Assembly (NCBI GenBank): GCA_025061115.1
Contig: JANZKC010000003.1
Span: 96,001 to 160,000, forward strand
Source of the DNA: Candidatus Culexmicrobium cathedralense
Lineage (GTDB): Archaea > Thermoproteota > Methanomethylicia > Culexarchaeales > Culexmicrobiaceae
Direction of reading: 5' to 3'
Length of the DNA: 64,000 nucleotides
Shown: one piece after another, positions 61,017 to 64,000 of the stretch
How positions within the stretch are numbered: the stretch's first letter is position 1
How the letters are laid out: each line of letters starts with the position of its first letter
Translations under genes and position numbers: made by a program
Notes under the pieces: generated by a model
The model's input: only the letters and a program-made list of their open reading frames with translations
Told to the model about the DNA's origin: nothing
Databases searched by the model: none

Positions 61017-61867
61017 TTCACATCCTCCCCTAAAAGTGAAGAAATAACCTTTCTAACTTCAGGGTTAAGAACATTTTCAATTCCAAATGCGTAAGCCATT
61101 AATTCAGTAAAGTAGACGACTGGGATGCTTGGTCTCCTACTTGGCAGCGTTAGATTGTACTGGCATAAGGGGCATGTTGTTGCAATTACGTTTGCTCCCC
61201 ACCTGTTTGCTGCTTTTCGAATTTCGAGTGCTCTATCAACTGCTATTTTCTTGTCATAGACTACGTTATATGCGCTGCAGCATTTAATTCTGTGCGGGAA
61301 CTTTATTGCCTCTGCTCCAATGGCCTCTAACAGGTTTTCGAGTGTCGTTGGATTTTCAGGATTATCAATGCCTATTTCTTTTGGCCTAAGCAGTGTACAG
61401 CCATAGAATGGCGCAACTTTAAGTCCATTTAATGGCTTAACTGTAAGCTCCCTTACCTTTTCAAATCCAATAAGATCTCTGACCACTTCAATAAAGTGCA
61501 GCACCTCTATCCCGCACTCATAGTTTTCCTCTTCATCCATAAACTCATTTATAGTCTTAAGCTTTTCACTATCAATTTTAAGTAGCTCATTTACTCGCTT
61601 GAGTACGTTATAGCACATCGAGCATAAAGTGACAAGCCTATTATCATTTAATTTTCTGCCCATTTCTTGAGCTCTAACTAAATCTCTTACAGCTCCAATG
61701 TGGTGAATTACGCTATCAATAGCTAAGTTTAGCACTGCTCCGCAGCAATTCCATCGGTCAAGTTCAATTAGATCTATGCCCATCTTCCTTGCAACTGCAA
61801 GTGCGCTTTCCTCATAATTTAATGCAGTGGTCTTTAGCGTACAGCCTGGAAAGTACATGAGCTTCAC
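61013..61867 (-). CDS. hdrB: heterodisulfide reductase subunit B-like
   Basis: YFPGC, WNCCG, LCSMC, FYGC.LLRP, KCCS, TCPLCQ.NL, PVVYFTEL. Confidence 0.9.
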   Translation of the reverse strand: MKLMYFPGCTLKTTALNYEESALAVARKMGIDLIELDRWNCCGAVLNLAIDSVIHHIGAVRDLVRAQEMGRKLNDNRLVTLCSMCYNVLKRVNELLKIDSEKLKTINEFMDEEENYECGIEVLHFIEVVRDLIGFEKVRELTVKPLNGLKVAPFYGCTLLRPKEIGIDNPENPTTLENLLEAIGAEAIKFPHRIKCCSAYNVVYDKKIAVDRALEIRKAANRWGANVIATTCPLCQYNLTLPSRRPSIPVVYFTELMAYAFGIENVLNPEVRKVISSLLGEDVK

Positions 61868-61871
61868 ACTC

Positions 61872-62249
61872 TCACCCCATAAGCTTTCTCGATGCTGCTA
61901 CAAGTGCAATTTGCGGCATTTCACCGACTTCCGGCACTTTTCTAAGGTTAACCACGTATAATCCCTTCCTCATCTTTATGTTTCTTAGAGCGTTGATCAC
62001 TCTTGCGGTGTCTATTCCTCTGGGGCATCTGACTGTGCAGTTGTAGCATGAAGCGCAGATCCAAAGAGTGTTCGAGTCTAGTACATCCTCCATATTTAGC
62101 TGAATCATTCTAACTACTTGATTTGGCGGCACATCCATGATGCTTACTAGTGGGCAAGTTCCGCTGCAAATTCCACATTGGAAGCATAAATACACGTTTT
62201 CCCCAGTTAATTCGTAAACTTTTTGAGCCAAACCTTTAAACATGCCCAC
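61872..62249 (-). CDS. hdrC: heterodisulfide reductase subunit C-like
   Basis: CFQCGICSGTCP and LWICASCYNCTVRCPRGID. Confidence 0.9.
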   Translation of the reverse strand: MGMFKGLAQKVYELTGENVYLCFQCGICSGTCPLVSIMDVPPNQVVRMIQLNMEDVLDSNTLWICASCYNCTVRCPRGIDTARVINALRNIKMRKGLYVVNLRKVPEVGEMPQIALVAASRKLMG

Positions 62250-62256
62250 ACACCTC

Positions 62257-64000
62257 CTAAATTTTTATTTTTGCTCTTTCCTCTGGCTTTAACGGTCCAA
62301 GTCTTTCAACCATCTTTACTAGGTCATTAAGGTTCTTCGCCAGCCTCTCCGCAGTATCGACTGCAATTGTGTCGAACCTTAGTCTCCTAGCATCGATTCT
62401 GCATCTTCGCAGTTTAGCTCTAGTTTTACGCATCAAGTCATTTATGGCATCTAGAACTTTGGGGTGATAAGGGGAGCCGCCTGGCAGGCAGTCTCCAATG
62501 AAAATTGCGTCTGCGCCGAACTTGAATGCGCTTAAAATTATTTTTGGAGTTAACCTGCTTGAGCTTGGAATTCTTATGATTCTAACTTTATCAGTGTAGT
62601 TTATTCTGCTTGTTCCAGCTAGATCTGCCGCTCTGTAGGTGCATGAATCGTCGAAGAATGCTAGGACTCTTATTTCTCCTTCCTTCTTGCTTGCAAGTAT
62701 GGCCTTTATTTCATCAATAATCTGCTCTTCAGTGTAGTGCTTTAAGTCTATAGCGTTCTTGGGGCAGTATGGTATGCAGCTACCGCACCCACCGCATAGT
62801 GCCTCGTTAATTTTTGCAGTGCTATTCTCAATAGTTATTGCTCCTAGTGGACACTTGTCAATGCACTTTCCACAGCCATCGCAAAGCTCCTCCTTAACAA
62901 AGGCCTTTATTGGTTCAACTATTATTCTTCTTTGGCTGATTAGCCTTAATGCTCTTCCAGCAGCTGCGCTCGCTTGCGCTACGGTGTCGCATATGTCCTT
63001 TGGACCCTGAGCGCAGCCACAAATGAAAATGCCCTCTCTTAGGGTATCTACTGGCCTGTACTTTGGATGAGCTTCAAGGAAGAATCCGCCAGGTCCAGTT
63101 GTTATTTTAAGTATTTTTGCTAGTTCTTCGGTTCCTTTGCTTGGGACTAGTCCAACTGAAAGCACTACAAGATCGAATTCCATTTCAATCATTCTGCCTG
63201 TAAGTGTGTCCTCAGCTCTAACTATCAGATTTTTAGTTATTGGATCCTCAATTATTTCAGCAACTTTACCTCTAATGAACTGAATGCCCATTTCCTGTGC
63301 TCTCATATAATATTCTTCAAATCCCTTTCCAAATGCCCTAATATCAATGTAGAAGATGTACACGTCTCGCGTTATGTCCTGCCTTTTAAGTATCATCGCC
63401 TGCTTGATCGCGTACATACAGCATATTCTCGAGCAGTTTGGTCTTCCAATTGTTTCATCTCTTGATCCTATGCATTGGATGAAAGCTATTCGCTTAGCAA
63501 TTTTTCCGTCTGAAAGTCGGATTACTTTGCCTGCAGTTGGTCCTGTCGGCATGACTAATCTTTCGAGTTGGGGTGCAATGATGACATTAGCGTACTTGCC
63601 ATACCCATATTGCTCAAGCAGAGTTGCGTCAAATGGGTCATAACCTGTAGCCACAATGATCACATCAACAGTTACGTTTATCGTTTTAGGTTTATCTTCG
63701 AAGTTTATTGCATTCTGTGGACATACCTTTTCGCAAAGGCGGCATACACCCTTAGTCAGGTAGAGGCAGTGAGCTTCATCAATTAAGTACTTATATGGCA
63801 CAGCCATTTCATGGGGAACATAAATTGCCTTTCTCATTCTTAAGCCATAGTTGAACTCGTCGGGAACTTTAGTTGGACATTTTTCCGCGCATTTGCCGCA
63901 TGCCACGCACTTGGTCATGTCAACGTATCTTGGCTTAACTTTAATTGTAACTTTAAAGTTTCCAACGTGCCCCTCAACCCTTTCAACTTCACTGTAGGTC
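62257..64000 (-). CDS. hdrA: HdrA with fused C-terminal MvhD/FlpD-like domain (5' partial)
   Basis: Frame stays open to the window end (TYSEVERVEGHVGNFKVTIKVKPRYVDM...); QCIGSRD..CSRICC, GCAQGPKDI; C-terminal AADLAGTSRINY..VRIIR..GADAIF. Confidence 0.93.
   Translation of the reverse strand, partial: TYSEVERVEGHVGNFKVTIKVKPRYVDMTKCVACGKCAEKCPTKVPDEFNYGLRMRKAIYVPHEMAVPYKYLIDEAHCLYLTKGVCRLCEKVCPQNAINFEDKPKTINVTVDVIIVATGYDPFDATLLEQYGYGKYANVIIAPQLERLVMPTGPTAGKVIRLSDGKIAKRIAFIQCIGSRDETIGRPNCSRICCMYAIKQAMILKRQDITRDVYIFYIDIRAFGKGFEEYYMRAQEMGIQFIRGKVAEIIEDPITKNLIVRAEDTLTGRMIEMEFDLVVLSVGLVPSKGTEELAKILKITTGPGGFFLEAHPKYRPVDTLREGIFICGCAQGPKDICDTVAQASAAAGRALRLISQRRIIVEPIKAFVKEELCDGCGKCIDKCPLGAITIENSTAKINEALCGGCGSCIPYCPKNAIDLKHYTEEQIIDEIKAILASKKEGEIRVLAFFDDSCTYRAADLAGTSRINYTDKVRIIRIPSSSRLTPKIILSAFKFGADAIFIGDCLPGGSPYHPKVLDAINDLMRKTRAKLRRCRIDARRLRFDTIAVDTAERLAKNLNDLVKMVERLGPLKPEERAKIKI

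Noticed and set aside
1-64000. CRISPR array, rRNA, integrase or transposase
   Set aside because: No regularly spaced direct repeats, rRNA-like blocks or recombinase motifs seen by eye.

Overview
64 kb of gene-dense chromosome from an anaerobic, probably thermophilic archaeon. This is inferred from GGAGG/GGTGA ribosome-binding sites, TATA-like promoters, frequent TTG/GTG starts, box C/D sRNAs and archaeal gene families; a Thermoproteota/TACK-type lineage is a guess. Family calls come from motif recognition, not database searches. Recognisable content: PPDK, carAB, a two-subunit tungsten aldehyde:ferredoxin oxidoreductase operon, a Pab87-like peptidase, a ThDP enzyme, mobA, a YchF-type GTPase, translin/TRAX, a K+-independent membrane PPase, acyl-CoA dehydrogenase, two Hdr gene sets, larA, a BMP-type ABC transporter, comB, an SPFH/zinc-ribbon operon, etfBA, class II HMG-CoA reductase, a pxpB-pxpC fusion divergent from a biotin carrier plus carboxyltransferase, glmS/glmU-like genes and a fumarate-reductase-like pair. 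No rRNA, tRNA, CRISPR array or intact mobile element was seen. Best leads: (1) an uncharacterised four-gene membrane cassette (DUF6754-type) present twice, one intact and one decaying, with predicted opposite-facing soluble domains; (2) an hdrA(+degenerate mvhD)-hdrC-hdrB operon continuing into a soluble fumarate-reductase-like pair; (3) a possible ATP-independent biotin transcarboxylase built from PxpBC, BCCP and OadA/PycB; (4) two box C/D sRNAs in intergenic DNA, one with both guides complementary to tRNA-like sequence; (5) a PSP-like SPFH/Zn-ribbon module with an unknown helical protein where PspA usually sits.
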